Below are positions 40,518 to 53,900 of a stretch of 64,000 bases of DNA, piece by piece. This DNA comes from Kudoa neothunni (Eukaryota; Animalia; Cnidaria). The notes under the pieces were generated by a model. It saw only the letters and a list, made by a program, of their open reading frames with translations. It searched no databases and was not told the DNA's origin. The translations under genes and the position numbers were made by a program. Within the stretch, counting starts at the first letter, position 1, and each line of letters opens with the position of its first letter. The stretch lies in NCBI GenBank assembly GCA_964304625.1, contig OZ199839.1, forward strand, positions 8,216,560-8,280,559, written 5' to 3'.

Positions 40518-43500
40518 ATGAATCACCACTCGGAAAGCAACCTGCACCCAGAACCAACCAAAAAGGACTACAACTCTGATCAACATCTCATCTCAAACAG
40601 TGACCATATTAATGTGATGTTAGAATTGCCCAGAAATAACCCTAAACGAAGATCCCAGGATTCCTCGGTCTCTCTCGCTGCTCCCAAGGAAGCTAATGGT
40701 CGACCTATGAGCAGTTTTGCTACACCCCAAATTAACCTCCGAGGACGATTCAAACCGCTCTATTCGCGTAGATATTATTCTAAAAATTATATCGAGCAGT
40801 TTTTAAAGGTATTTTTGATTTCTTCTGGCTCCAAATTCCTAATTTGAATGTATTATTTATTCTATTCATGTGAATAAATCTTCACGTCTAATTATTATTA
40901 TTATTATAATATTTATATTGTTTATAGTAGATTATTTTCTCTAAAAGAGTGTATTTTTAACAACAATATAATGTTTTAAAATCATTTAAAGTGCGAAATT
41001 TCTTTACAGATAATTAAGCTCAATTTTACGTATATTTTAATGTTATTTTCGATGGCCCAAACATTATAATGCATATTAATTTAAATTAAAAATGTTATTA
41101 TAAATTTTTAACATGGAGTTTATTAATTTATTTATCTGGACTCACTTTTTAACGATTTTATGTATTATGTTTTAAATTAAAATGCCAACATAGGCTTGCA
41201 GAGATGGAAGAAACGAACAGATTCGTGAAATACTGGCTTGCCAATCAGACAACTGCAAGGTGTTAAATGAAGTTGATCGAGAAGGAATGACTCCACTACA
41301 TGTTGCTGTGAGATTCAATCATTTTGAAACAGTCAAATTATTGATTGAGAGTGGCGCAAGTAGATAGATTATTATTTGAAAGTATGTCGATATATTTGTA
41401 GATGTCAATTCGTGCCAACCTAACGGAGTTACTCCCTTACACATTGCTGCTCGTTACACAATGGGTGAATCGGATGTCTTAATTTCTTCCAATACTAACG
41501 ACCAAAATGTGGAAGTGGAAAAGAAAGGTTGTGATGTAGTGTGGGACTTCGATTAACAATTCATTTTTTAGGATTTTCCAAGTTTTTCACACATAAGAAA
41601 GTAAGAGAGAGTCATGAGCCCACACCATTGGAGACTTACCATGTTTCCAACCAACAACCCCAAACTATAATGTGATTACATCAAACTTATTACAATTTAG
41701 TGATGATATATTATTGCGATACAGGAAAAGCAAAATTGAATCTGACTCCATCCCCTCGAAACCGACTCCCAAGTTTATTTCCACTACAGTCGGACCACAC
41801 AAAGATCACGGACAACCAACCAAAACAGGTCATCCTTCGATTATTTCCCGTTCCAATAGCACGTCACGTCTATCCAACATTATGGCAACCGAGAAAGATG
41901 ACTCCGAATACAAATCAATAATCCTACTATTGCTGATAGCCAAAGCCAATGTGAATGCGATCGATTCCAATGATGCCACGCCTTTGCATTACGCTGCAAT
42001 GAGAGGAAATTCTCTTGCGGTCGCAGAACTTCTTTCTCATCCTTATGTCAACGTTGAGGTGATCTGATTTTTTTTTCGACCAATTAAATTTGAATCTAGG
42101 CCAAAGATAAAATGTGGATGACTCCTATGCATCATGCGGCAGAAGGAGGTCATATTAAGGTGGCAAATGTTCTCATTAGAAAAGGTGCTAATATACGCTG
42201 TCTTGATGTGGCTGGTATGACTCCTCTTCATATTGCGGCCGAGGAAGGGAATTTTCTCTTTTGTCAATTACTCATTACCACTTCTTACGGAGATAATCGA
42301 TCCAAACAAAGGGTGTCTACTTTGTGCAATTCGCTCAACAGAAACAATGAAACCCCATTATTTTTCGCTGCATCCGCTGGAAGAGATGACATTGTATCGT
42401 TGTTACTGCAAAATGGATCGGTTATCACTCCAGCTGAGAATTCAGTTACAACACCGGTGCATTTGGCTTGTGCCTCTGGTTCGTTAGAAACGATCAAACT
42501 ACTTCTAAATGTAAACAACAGTCTTATCGAAGCTCGTAATTGTAACGATGAAACTCCGTTACATAATGCTGCCTCACTTAACAAAGAAAACATTGTGGAA
42601 TATTTTATTGAACAGTAAGTTGCTTTTTGCCCTTATTTTAGACCTTAGAATTTTAAAAAGTTACTTATCATTATTATATATAAACTATACTTCCGCAGTA
42701 ACTTTTTTTATCCACTTAACATGGCATAACCATAACTGGGCGAGATGAATATGTAGAACAACATGTGAATGAGTTTAATTGAATGGGTTACGTTAGTGTT
42801 ATTGTATTTTAAATTTTTATGATGTCCTAGGTGAATAGGTTATAAAATGTGATGGTAATAGCTTTGATTGATTATAGGGGATGCGACATCAACTCTGTTG
42901 ACAAAGATATGGAAACCCCCTTGATTTCGGCCGCCAAACGTGATAACCTCAATATAGTGAAAATGCTGGTTGAAAATGGTGCCGATGTGATGTGCAAAGA
43001 CATAAACGATTACACTTGTATTCATTGGTGCGCCATTAACGATTCACTCAATTGTGCAGAATACTTGGTGTCGTTGGCGCAATACAGCCAACTTCTCCAG
43101 TCTTCTATCGATGTTCATGAGAACACCTCTCTGCATATGGCAGCTCAATTTGGGTTGTATGTTATGTGTAAGTTGTTGTTGAACGCCGACACCACTGAGC
43201 TGCTAATGAACAGCAAAAATGATCAAGGTCACACTCCTATGTTGCTGGGGGCGAAGAACGGACACTTAAGGATTGTCGAATTATTCTTGGATATATCCCC
43301 AGCATTGTTGATGGACAATGACGACACTGACAATACAGCTCTTCATTTGAGCATATCATTCGGCCATGTCAACATCGCCAAATTGCTCCTCCAAAAGGGC
43401 TCATATGTTGATGCGAAGAATAGCTATCAACAAACTCCGCTCGAATTGGCCATCAAAAGTGGCAACCTAAAAATGACTAAAACTATTCTTAATTTTGATC

Positions 43501-45686
43501 CCCAGATCGATCCAAGTGATCGTACTCACAATTCGTCGCTAATATCGGCGTGTAAACTTGGATTTCCGGACATAGTGACTGTGCTGTTAGAATGCGGAGC
43601 GGACGTGCATAGGGTTGATAGCTACGGACGCAACTGTCTTGATATTGCTATCGACGAGAATCAACGTTCGGCAGCTATTGCTCTGCTGAAAAGCACTCAT
43701 TGGAAAGATTTGCTACGCAATTGCTCATCATCACCAGACACCACCTACATGACTTCCCCCATGCGAAAATTAATTAAAAAAATGCCCGATGTGGCCGAAC
43801 TTGTGTTCGATCAATGTATCACCAACAACGGTCTTCCTGAAAATCATCCAAAATATGAGATATACTTGGATTATGAATTTTTGGAGGACACTGCCACAGA
43901 TTGGGGATCCAACTTACCGGATAGTTTCTTGAATAAACTTAACACCAGCAAAAACATCCAAAGATCTAACCCCAAAACTTATGCACTACCTCAAATGCCG
44001 TCGAATAAGCTACCCAACATGAATAATCCTGCCTCCTCCTACAATATTCAGTCAAAATATGCCAGTAAATCTAGATTCTCCGATGGAAAAATCGCAGAGA
44101 AATTATCTCTCAAAAATCGCATCAAAAGAAAATTCTCTTCGTTCTTCAATCGTGCAGATATAAAATCTGAATCTTCTCATCCCTTGTTGTTAATGGTGAA
44201 AAAAGAACGCGTAAGTTTGTTGAGCCATCCATTGGTGTCTTACCTCCTACGACATAAATGGAAAAAATTTGGAAGGCATTTCTACTATTTGCGATTGTTT
44301 TTCTTCCTCTTATTTTTGATATTCTTAACTGGTTACAGTCTCACCACCGACAGCTACACCTTAGAAGAATTCATAACCAATAACCCTGATAAGGCATTGA
44401 ACCCTAATTTGATTTCGTGTCATGATACAAAATTCGATTTGACTAACGCTGGGAGTTGGATATTTGTTAAATTTGGCACCTTATTCCTGTTCACTCTATC
44501 GCTGCTCAACGCGGCCATGAGGGTTAGTTAAATGTTTGAGGTAGATTTATATTGCTTCTAGGTGATAATGTTCGTATTGGAATTTCGTAGCATTAGCTTC
44601 ACAGAAGTATTCGATCTATTGGCTAGTTGTGTCACAATGTGCTATGTGTATGGAAGTTTTCACGTGTACGGCCGTATACCTGTTAACTTTGACTACAGGT
44701 ATGTAAACAAACTGAATGGAGATGTTGACTGGATCTAATATGTTTCCATAATGCTTTTGTTGTTTGTCGGCCGTGTCTAACTTCTGTTTGCTCTAATAGG
44801 TGTGGTAATGTATATCGAAGTGTTGGGGCTGTTTCAGTTTGGATGTCATATCTTTCATTTGTGTTGTTCATGCGAAAGCTCCCCAAAGTTGGCATATATG
44901 TGGTGATGTACACTGATATCTTTCGCACATTTATGCAATTTGCACCCATCTACGTTCTAATTATCCTGTCGTATGGGTTTTCTTTCTTCCTTCTATTCCA
45001 AGACAGGACCGATATTAGCGCTTACAATACGTCCACTCGTTCTATTGTCAAGACGCTGTTAGGTACGGTGGGCGAAATCGAGTATGATACTTTCTACAAT
45101 TTAAATGAGACTCCACCATTGAAAATTTCGTGGTTTCTTTTGATCGCCTTTATTGTCACCAACACGCTGATACTAATGAATTTGCTTGTCGGTTTGGCGG
45201 TTGATGATATTCAAGGTGTCCAGTCGAAAGCTGTACTCAAACGACTCGCCCTTCAGGTAATACTCTACTTTTAATTTGTATATATATATGCTATATTGTT
45301 TCTGTAATTTTAATCTCTATTTTAACTCTTTTTAGGTGGATTTAGCAATGGGAATTGAATTTTTACTCCCAACTAAAGCTCGAATCAAACGCATACACTT
45401 GGAAGAGAAAGTTAAACCAAATAAAGGAGGACGGAAATGGAACTTTTGGTCACTATGGGAATTCAACATCAACGAACACAAAATCACTTCTATAGGCGAC
45501 CAAACTTTAAAAGATGTGGCGTCCGATAACAAAACAGACAAATCCACCTCTAAATCGCTCAAACTTAGACTCAACAAATTAGAGAGTCAATGCAGTCGTA
45601 TGGAGAGCATGCTTGTTACATTGTTAGAATACCAAGGACTGAATACAGGTGGTGGTGATACAGATAGACAACCTATCGTTCAATGA
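40518..45686 (+). CDS. TRPA1: TRPA1-like ankyrin-repeat transient receptor potential channel, multi-exon
   Basis: Many ankyrin repeats (TPLH.A), pre-S1 LLSHPLVSYLLRHKW, six TM segments, pore LGTVGEIEYD, S6/TRP-like LMNLLVGLAVDDI...LKRLALQV and a C-terminal coiled coil. Confidence 0.93.
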
Positions 45687-45896
45687 TCTTTGAAGAGTTT
45701 TTTTCTTATTGTTTTTCATATTGTATAGTATCATAGTGTTGTATATTTATGTATGATTTTATTTTAGTTTCGCTTAACATTGAATACACGCTTATTAAAC
45801 ACATTCTCAATGAAGCGTCGCTCATATTATTAAGAGTTTAAAAATTTCTACGCTATAATCAATTTTAATTCAGAGCATAAACTAGTTTATTTTGGA

Positions 45897-46440
45897 TTAG
45901 CGTGAACTGCCTAGCGTTGCTTGAGGAAGACATCGCATAGAGACGTTTCTTAATAACATTCAAGAAAATATTATATTTGAAGTTGATTTATAGGAGCAGT
46001 CAAATTAAATTTTTTTAAGCATCATACTTTGGCGATTTTGATTTCGTAATTTAAATCATGGTCATCTCTGTGCGGGAGTGTATCGATCCCGGTTTTTAAA
46101 TAACAATTTCCTGTCCCGGTACCAACGCTAAATAATTCAAGGTTAGTGTCATATTTGTTTTCGTTCCCGAATTATTTACACTCTCTTAATGTGAAATCTA
46201 ATACGTTATTTGTTGGCCCAGTGGATTTTTAAAGTCGAATTCTGGCCCGGCTCGGAAAATATGTGCACCACTACCTTTTTAATGGATAAAAAAATAGAAA
46301 AAGCAATAGAGATGAAGAAAACGTAAGAAAATTAATTTTTATTGCTCAAATTAATATCATTTGGCCCACATAAATTTGAATGTGCTTTTTCCAACTAACA
46401 ACCGTAAATCGCGCCCATATCAACACAAATAATTTAATTA
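45897..46440 (-). mobile_element. Non-autonomous Helitron, family 1 copy 3 (truncated)
   Basis: TTAGCGTGAACTGCCTAGCGTTGCTTGAGGAAGA matches the 10817 and 35197 ends; collinear for about 540 bp. Confidence 0.75.
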
Positions 46441-47000
46441 ACCGATATTTGAGTTTACCTTGTCGACATATTTTTTTCCGCAAAGCATTTCTTTTGGAAG
46501 AACTATACCAACCTTCACTTTGTGATAAAAGATGTACTAGGGAATATGCAGATGAATGTATACAGAATAATTCTCCATTCGATAATAATGTAAAATCTAA
46601 TTATAATGAACAGGCACAAACTATTTTCAAGGAATCCTTGAAAACCTACTCAAGACGCTTAAGAAATTCATTGGTCTATACAAATCAACTTGCGTCAACT
46701 TCGGCAGAATATTTCGGTGAATTTTACTATAGTTCTATCACTGCCATTAAAGGAATAAAAGCTGTTTTAAGGGATCATAATGTTCTAAAATTATAAAAAA
46801 TATTAAACGTTGGTATAAAATGTATATAACTATTTTTTAGTAAAATGTGAAACTAAAGATAATAATTCTGAACGCGATAATCACGTAGAAAATGACGAAC
46901 CGAATGAAAGTAGAAATGGTATTAATATAAGTAAAATATATTCAAATAGATATTAGATATCAAACTTCGAGCCAATGAAGAAACGGGAGTGAATGAAATT
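46440..47000 (+). pseudogene. MULE/FAR1-type SWIM-domain transposase fragment
   Basis: YLSLPCRHIFF...LCDKRCT resembles the SWIM LPCRH motif and the following RW motif. Begins where Helitron similarity stops. Confidence 0.5.
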
Positions 47001-47280
47001 GCTGAAGTATCCCCACCCAAGTTACTTATTAATGACTCGTTTGAAGATTTACATAATGTGCATAGTGACCAGCAGATAGATGGGCGCGAAATCGATAAAA
47101 ATTACATAAGTTAAATAATCATATCAAATTTGTTATAGATTTAAAATCCACCTCTAAAGTAAGAGCATTGAGCGACTTAGAGGCTTTGATCTGTCATTGG
47201 ATTTCCAAAAGAAGACTACGAGAAATTTAAATCCCTATATCAGCATAAAAACAATATTATCTTCTATTAAAAATATTTCA

Positions 47281-47460
47281 TCTACTATATAAAGCAAACT
47301 GGAAATCCGTGTGTGTACGCATTTTTCATTCTTTATAGAGGGACATATCGCTCCATTTGAACACACATACGGAAAGATAAAATTTTATTTTAACAGAAAA
47401 ATATGTAAAAATTTATAAAATATTTGCATCCTACAAAATGTCTAAAAACATTTTCACATG
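47281..47460 (+). mobile_element. Helitron 5' fragment
   Basis: A|TCTACTATATAAAGC...CCGTGTGTGT...CTTTATAGAGGGACAT resembles the family 1 5' end. Confidence 0.55.
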
Positions 47461-48689
47461 GTATGATTGGTATGAGCTGAGGATTTATGAAAACATATGG
47501 ATCATTTCGTTACAATTTTAAAAAATTAAATTTAAACGTACCATAGTGTTTATTTTATTTAAAATTATTGAAAAGTAATTTAATAATTAAATCAGTTCAA
47601 ATAAGAGAGGCGATATTAGGTTATGTGGCCAAATATTAATCTGAAATTAATTTGTTGAGGTTTAACTTGATTAGTCCTATCCATATAATATGATCCAGAG
47701 ATTATTGTGAACAACGAGGAGAAAATCGATTTTTAGGAACATTAAAGAGGAAATTTTTTAAGGTCAGTAATGTTTATACATTTTTAAAAATATTAAATAG
47801 GATTTATGCGTCTAATTATTTAAGGTAAGTTAATTAAAATACAATTTAGGACTAGCTGTAGTAATTGTATACGAATTTAGTGCGGCACCGACATACTATC
47901 GGAACAAAGTCGATTCCTATAGTGTCCTACAAATTGATTACTCTGTTTAAATTTTTATTAATTTCATCATATCATGAAAAACAACATTTAATAACTAAAA
48001 TTCAGATCAAAAAATAACATTAAAATCCTAAGCCGAGCATATTCAGGTTCACGTGTAATTTCCACTTTATTTAGAAAAGAGTTAAAATTCTTTTACTTTT
48101 TGTGTTAAACATAGTTATTTACATTAATTACTCCCAAATTTGTTTATAATGAATAACAGAGACCTACCAGATAACTCACTGGTCGCCGCGTTTTATACAT
48201 TAATGCGTTACATAATTAAAATAAATTAAAGAAAACTCATGTGATATTTATGTTTACTTTCTTTAAACGTACATATTTATGAGGGTATTATGTAAAACGT
48301 AACAATTAACGGTTAAGAAACCTAAATAGATCATATATTCACACACCAAAGTTTGGTATTTCAGTAGATTATAAATATATGGCGTAATATTATACTTTAT
48401 AACTAAAACTAGTTAATAAATGTTTATTTTTAGATTTTACACCATTTTTATATCAGTTAAAAAAATCAAACTTTATTTGTGTAATCTTTGCTCTATTTGT
48501 CCAAATACTCTTAATTTACTTTATACTTAAAATGACCTAGGCCTACTCAAGGCTTTAGTCTACTTGGTCGGACAAGGAAGCCTACGCAAAATGGGGCTTT
48601 TGCGCTAGTTTTATATATGGATCTTTATAAGGAAAAAATTTTATCACATATGCGTACTCGGGGCACACATAGGGTTGCCAGGGCTTGGG

Positions 48690-49042
48690 TTTTTTATGGT
48701 CATCTTGGGTTCTCGTGGGTTTTCCATTTAATACAAAATATTGAGTTTTTATTGAAAACCTGTAAACATTAAATAATAACACAATTGTTGTATGTACGGT
48801 ATTGATACTTATATTTTTAATGACGTATCCTATTCAGATTATATCACGTAGACGCGCTTCCCGACTAAAATTGGACTCGCACCCACATTTTTTGACAAAT
48901 CGAAATTCGCACCCCTTTGCATATGATAAGGTGTAACTGACTTAAAATTTATCAAAAATTATTTTCAATTTTGATCGGATCTCGCACCACCTGAGACCAA
49001 AGTTCGCATCCCCAGTTGGGAACCCCTGCATTAGAGGGTTAA
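48690..49042. mobile_element. Composite: partial hAT MITE B (48690-48850) + hAT MITE A (about 48852-49028) + piggyBac-like end (CATTAGAGGG|TTAA)
   Basis: Direct similarity to the reverse complement of 10125-10273 and to 6934-7125. Confidence 0.8.
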
Positions 49043-50942
49043 TTTTTATATTTTCTATTCTAAATTTATTAATTGGAAATTTTCTCTCATTTATATATAA
49101 TCGTTAAGTTTTAAATTTTTGTTGCTAAGACATATTTTTGAGTCTGTCATTATTAAGGGGTTTAAAATTAAAAAAAAATTGATAATCTTTAGAATTATAG
49201 TTTTCATTTTGTAAATTAAAGGTGGAGATTATATCGAATTGTGTGATAAATAACTTTACGTATTATAAGATGCCGTGTAAAATTTGATCAAACATTCCTC
49301 CTTGAATGTTCCAGTATACAGAATTTATTTTAAATAGTAAGTTATATTTCTTGGTTGATATTTATTCGTAGCGTTATAAATTATTTCGCCGAATGAAATT
49401 GTGTATTTAGTATATTTTATAACAGTAAATTATTAATTGAAGCTATAAATTATTTTATAACACAACGAAAATATAATGTCTTATGTATGAATTTTGATTA
49501 ATCAAAAAATTGGAAATAATTTAGATGAGTTACCGCTTGAGTTTCAGTTAAAAAGGAAGATATATTTAAAAATTGACTGTAACAAATAATTCCCAATGAT
49601 ATTTATTTTTAAATTTTTGTATTAAGCAAAATATATACACACGTTATCTTCTAATTGATACCACCTATTTTTAAGTTAAAAATTTTGTATTTGTAAATAA
49701 GGGTATAACATCACTTAATATATATTCGCTTAATGTCTAATTATCCTTAAATCAAATTCATTGTGACAAATTTAAACAGATCGAGTATGTAAAAATTGTT
49801 TAATAAATAAAGATGTATAGTCTGCATATGATAGGATAGATAATAACACTCTTTTTCCAATAGAGCACAATGAAATATTAAAATATGACATTTTAAAAGA
49901 TTTTTTAGATTTAAAAGATGCACCGCGTGCTCTATATGTAATATATTAATTTTATTTACGTAAAAGGATCAATAGGCGATTAGTTACGGATTAGGTAAGT
50001 GTTGTTTTGTGAAATTTCAATTAAAAACAAACTTAATCTTAAAACCGTAATATAAACACGAAAACAACTAAAAAATTGATGGGAAGGATTAACTGTGTAT
50101 ATTTCTAATACTGAAATAATGTTATTATGTATATTATCACCTGTGGAATGTTTCCTTTCGGAATCGTAATAATAAATTTTATTGTCGTAGAATGGAAAAA
50201 TATGTTATCTCTATATGCAAAATAATTATTTAATCAGATATAGGAGACTCATTTTAAATTGTTAATACATTTAGGGGATGATTTTCAAATAATTAAATGG
50301 ACAATAAATTTAATATAAATCCCTCTAAGAAGATAATCCCACATGTAATATTTTAATTATTTTATAAATCAACAGAATAAGTTAGTTGTTTACCTACATA
50401 TCTAATCCTCCAACAAAAGTATTGACTATATAGGGCTTTACAGTAGGATTTCGATTGTTTCGTACACAAGGATGATGTTTGTGATAATAAAGTTGATTAG
50501 TAAATGAGCCCGTGCTCGTGGCGGGACCGAGGGTAACGAGAGTCGACAAAGCCTTCACAGCTATAAATATAAAACTTATTTTAATCGTATTTTTACACTC
50601 AAAAATATTTTCATTTTGAGCTACTGTCAAAATAATAGTAACATTTGAGGATTTTAACGTTGATACAAATCAACATTTTATCAAATGAGCTTAGATGTGA
50701 TAGTTTGATGTTTTTTGTCAAAAACATCAAGTTTCCAAACTTTAAAACATAATCACGCATTATTTATCATCAGCTGTGCCACAAATTCATGTCTATAGAT
50801 TGGCAAATCGTTTGTTAGGGTTGGTAGAAAAATTGTGCCAAACCCGCTAATTTTGTATGATGTCGTTGATATGATTAATTTGAGTGATAAGCGCCCAATA
50901 AATAGTTAGCTCGATAAGCGGTTTTAGTTTTAATATTCGATA

Positions 50943-53900
50943 ATGGCTAGTGACAATCGTAGCGCTTGCATTGATAAAATGGATTCTAACGCGAATAAGC
51001 TTAAGTTATGGGTTAGGAAGTACAGTGTTTGCAGAGTTGACACTGATGACCCTGAAATTTGGACCAAATTGACTGGCACTGATTTCAGCCTTCATTATTT
51101 AGCTGACAAGTTACGCTACAAAGAAAATAATCAGCTGATAGAACTAATGACTGAAGATCTCGTGGATTGGATGAACAGTTTTCTAACTCCAAGCACCATC
51201 CTTACAAAACTCAATTTTTTCAATAGCTTAAAGAATGGAGTAATTCTTTGCCGACTGGCCAACTTTATTCAAGAGTATGTTGTTCACAAATCTTTGTCTG
51301 ATGAGAATATTGCTACCAACAACATCCCAAAAGGCTACTTCATTCGATACGATAGAGCGCAACAGGACACCTCTTATAATGTTTACCATTTTTGGTCCCA
51401 GACTAATCTATGTAAATTTTTCAACTGGTGCAGAGCTCACAAGTAATATTATCTATTTAATAGTTTTGAGTATTAACTTAAACTTAATTCCTGCTTATAG
51501 CATCCCGAAAATGGTATTATTTAACACTAGTGATTTGGCCGAGCACAATAATAATGTTGTGACCTGTTTGATGGATCTCTCACGATACTTTCATGCAAAT
51601 TATAACATTCCTGCGCCAATGCTAATTCAAATGGAAAAGCTACCTCAAAGCCATTTGTATTGTATCATTAATCATTACGAGCAAGGCGAAGATGTTGAAG
51701 AAACAGGTAATTAAAGAAAAGATATAAACTAAAACAATTTTATTTCTTCTTTGTTTAGATATTTTGACGATACCATCATGCGACACATCTTCCCCCAAAA
51801 GTACTTCATATTTTCATAGTAAAATTTAGGATTTATTAGAACGAACGTCCAAGTTGGAGCAAGACGACCGATCTTCTCATCAACTAACGAAACGCAGGAA
51901 AATTTTGGAAACGATAACCAGGGATTTTGCATCCAAAGTTTACAATCCCGTCGATTTACAAAATTTCTCACAACGGTCCCAACAAGAACAAGAATCGTCG
52001 GATAATATACCGGACGTTACACAAATAAACAGTGATAGTTGTTTGCAAACCGAAACAAACTTAGGTTCTAACTTGGCAACTACTTTCGACGGTAGCAACA
52101 TTTTTACTAAACTGCAAGCTGCGTCGTGCACCTTAGGATCTGAAGAAACAGACAATGACCAACTTAAATACAGGAAACAACCTAACAGCGATGTGGTGAC
52201 TTTGAAAACTTTCGATGAAGTCAATAAAAAGGATATCACTACCGACAAATCTTATAATATCGATAACCAGGGCTCAGTCGAATTCCACCTTACTGAACAA
52301 CCGATAAGTGATTTCTTCTGCGAAAGCAGTGAGCCAGTGGAATTTTTAGAATCTAGCATCATCAAAGACAATATCGAGGACATCGATGTGTGTACATATC
52401 CGCTTGGTTCTAAGAAAAAATTGCAGGCCAGGTACAGGGAAATTCATAGTCTGGAAGAAGCTGGCTCATTTTCAGATCACTCTCCACTAATGGACATGCC
52501 TCGTTCCTATCTTAATACGGTAGAGAACATAAATATTAACACGAATAAAAGTGCGGAAAAATTGGATCAGAGTGTAACTAATCTAACAGAGGAGGAACAC
52601 AAGGAAACCCACTCTAGCAGTGCCATTAAAATGTCTTATTCGGCCAAAACTACAAAAACTACGGAATTTGTAAGTCACCAATCGTCAGAAAAATTTTTAA
52701 AAAGTATATTAAAGGGATTAGTTTTTAAAAAATAACTCATACAATTTAGAATCTAGTAGTTTTCTACTCCATCCTAATAAAAGTCAATCAACGGAACAAA
52801 CTAGCTTAGGTGAATTAAACAACTACTTTTGGATATAATATTTTTAACTTTTATTTATATCAATATTTAGTGGAAGAAAAAGAACACACATTAAAACAAA
52901 TAACACAAGTAGAAGATTCGAAAACAGCTACGAGACGACTACTTGTGGAACACCAAGAACGCGCTTCATCCATTTCCTCATTAGAAAAATCACACACCAC
53001 AAATGTTACCTCACTAAGGCAACATTTTGATTCTAAAAGTTCTTCCAAATGTGAGTTTATGGTATAATATTAATAAAAAATTGATTATTTTATAGATACT
53101 CATAGTCAAACTAATACTTCCTCTACCAACGTCAACGTTCAATGTAGTAGCAGTGTAACTTCAACCACTTACTCCAGTATCAGGCGTTACCAACGAGAGC
53201 AACTCACAAAAAAAATCCAGGGTTAGTAAATCCTTTATTTGATTATATCTGCCGAATCGACGTATTTTTATAAAAATATATTGACTCTAGGAGTAAGTAC
53301 TGATAATGACCACACAAATCAACAGATGGAGGAACAGCTAACTACGGTTGAGAGTAGCAAGGATAACAAAACTTTTATCAGTGATAAACTTTCTACTGTT
53401 AACCCTGTTGAGCTGAATACACCAATTGTTGATGAAAAAACTGATACAGCTGTCGATAAGTCGGAGCTTTTATCTGAACGCGATGAATCAAATCATGATT
53501 CCAACAATTCTACACCTACCACCAAAATTTACAAAAATATATTGTTGTGTCTTGAGTGTGCCATGAAGATACTTGGCTCAAATCTAGAGGAATTGTTGGA
53601 TAATTCTATTAATTCTCAGTTAGACGATAAATTAAGTTTCAGCTTGAACAGACGTAAGTTATTTGATCACCATATTCGGTTTTGTAAGCTGTATTTAGTA
53701 TCTGAGAGTGAGATTGGCATTATCATTTCTCGGGATGACGTACATTCACCAAGTATCTATCAACGATATTATGTTGCCCTCTTATCCATGTTATTAGATA
53801 GCAATATCGATTGTACGCATATTGAACGTTGCATGCATGAAACTAGCGATACCACAAATCGTATGATTTTTACTTTTGTCTAAGCGTATGCGACGATTAA

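Noticed and set aside
50705-50730. Hairpin TTGATGTTTTT-TGTC-AAAAACATCAA upstream of the GAS2-like gene
   Set aside because: An 11-bp AT-rich stem is expected by chance, with no other support.
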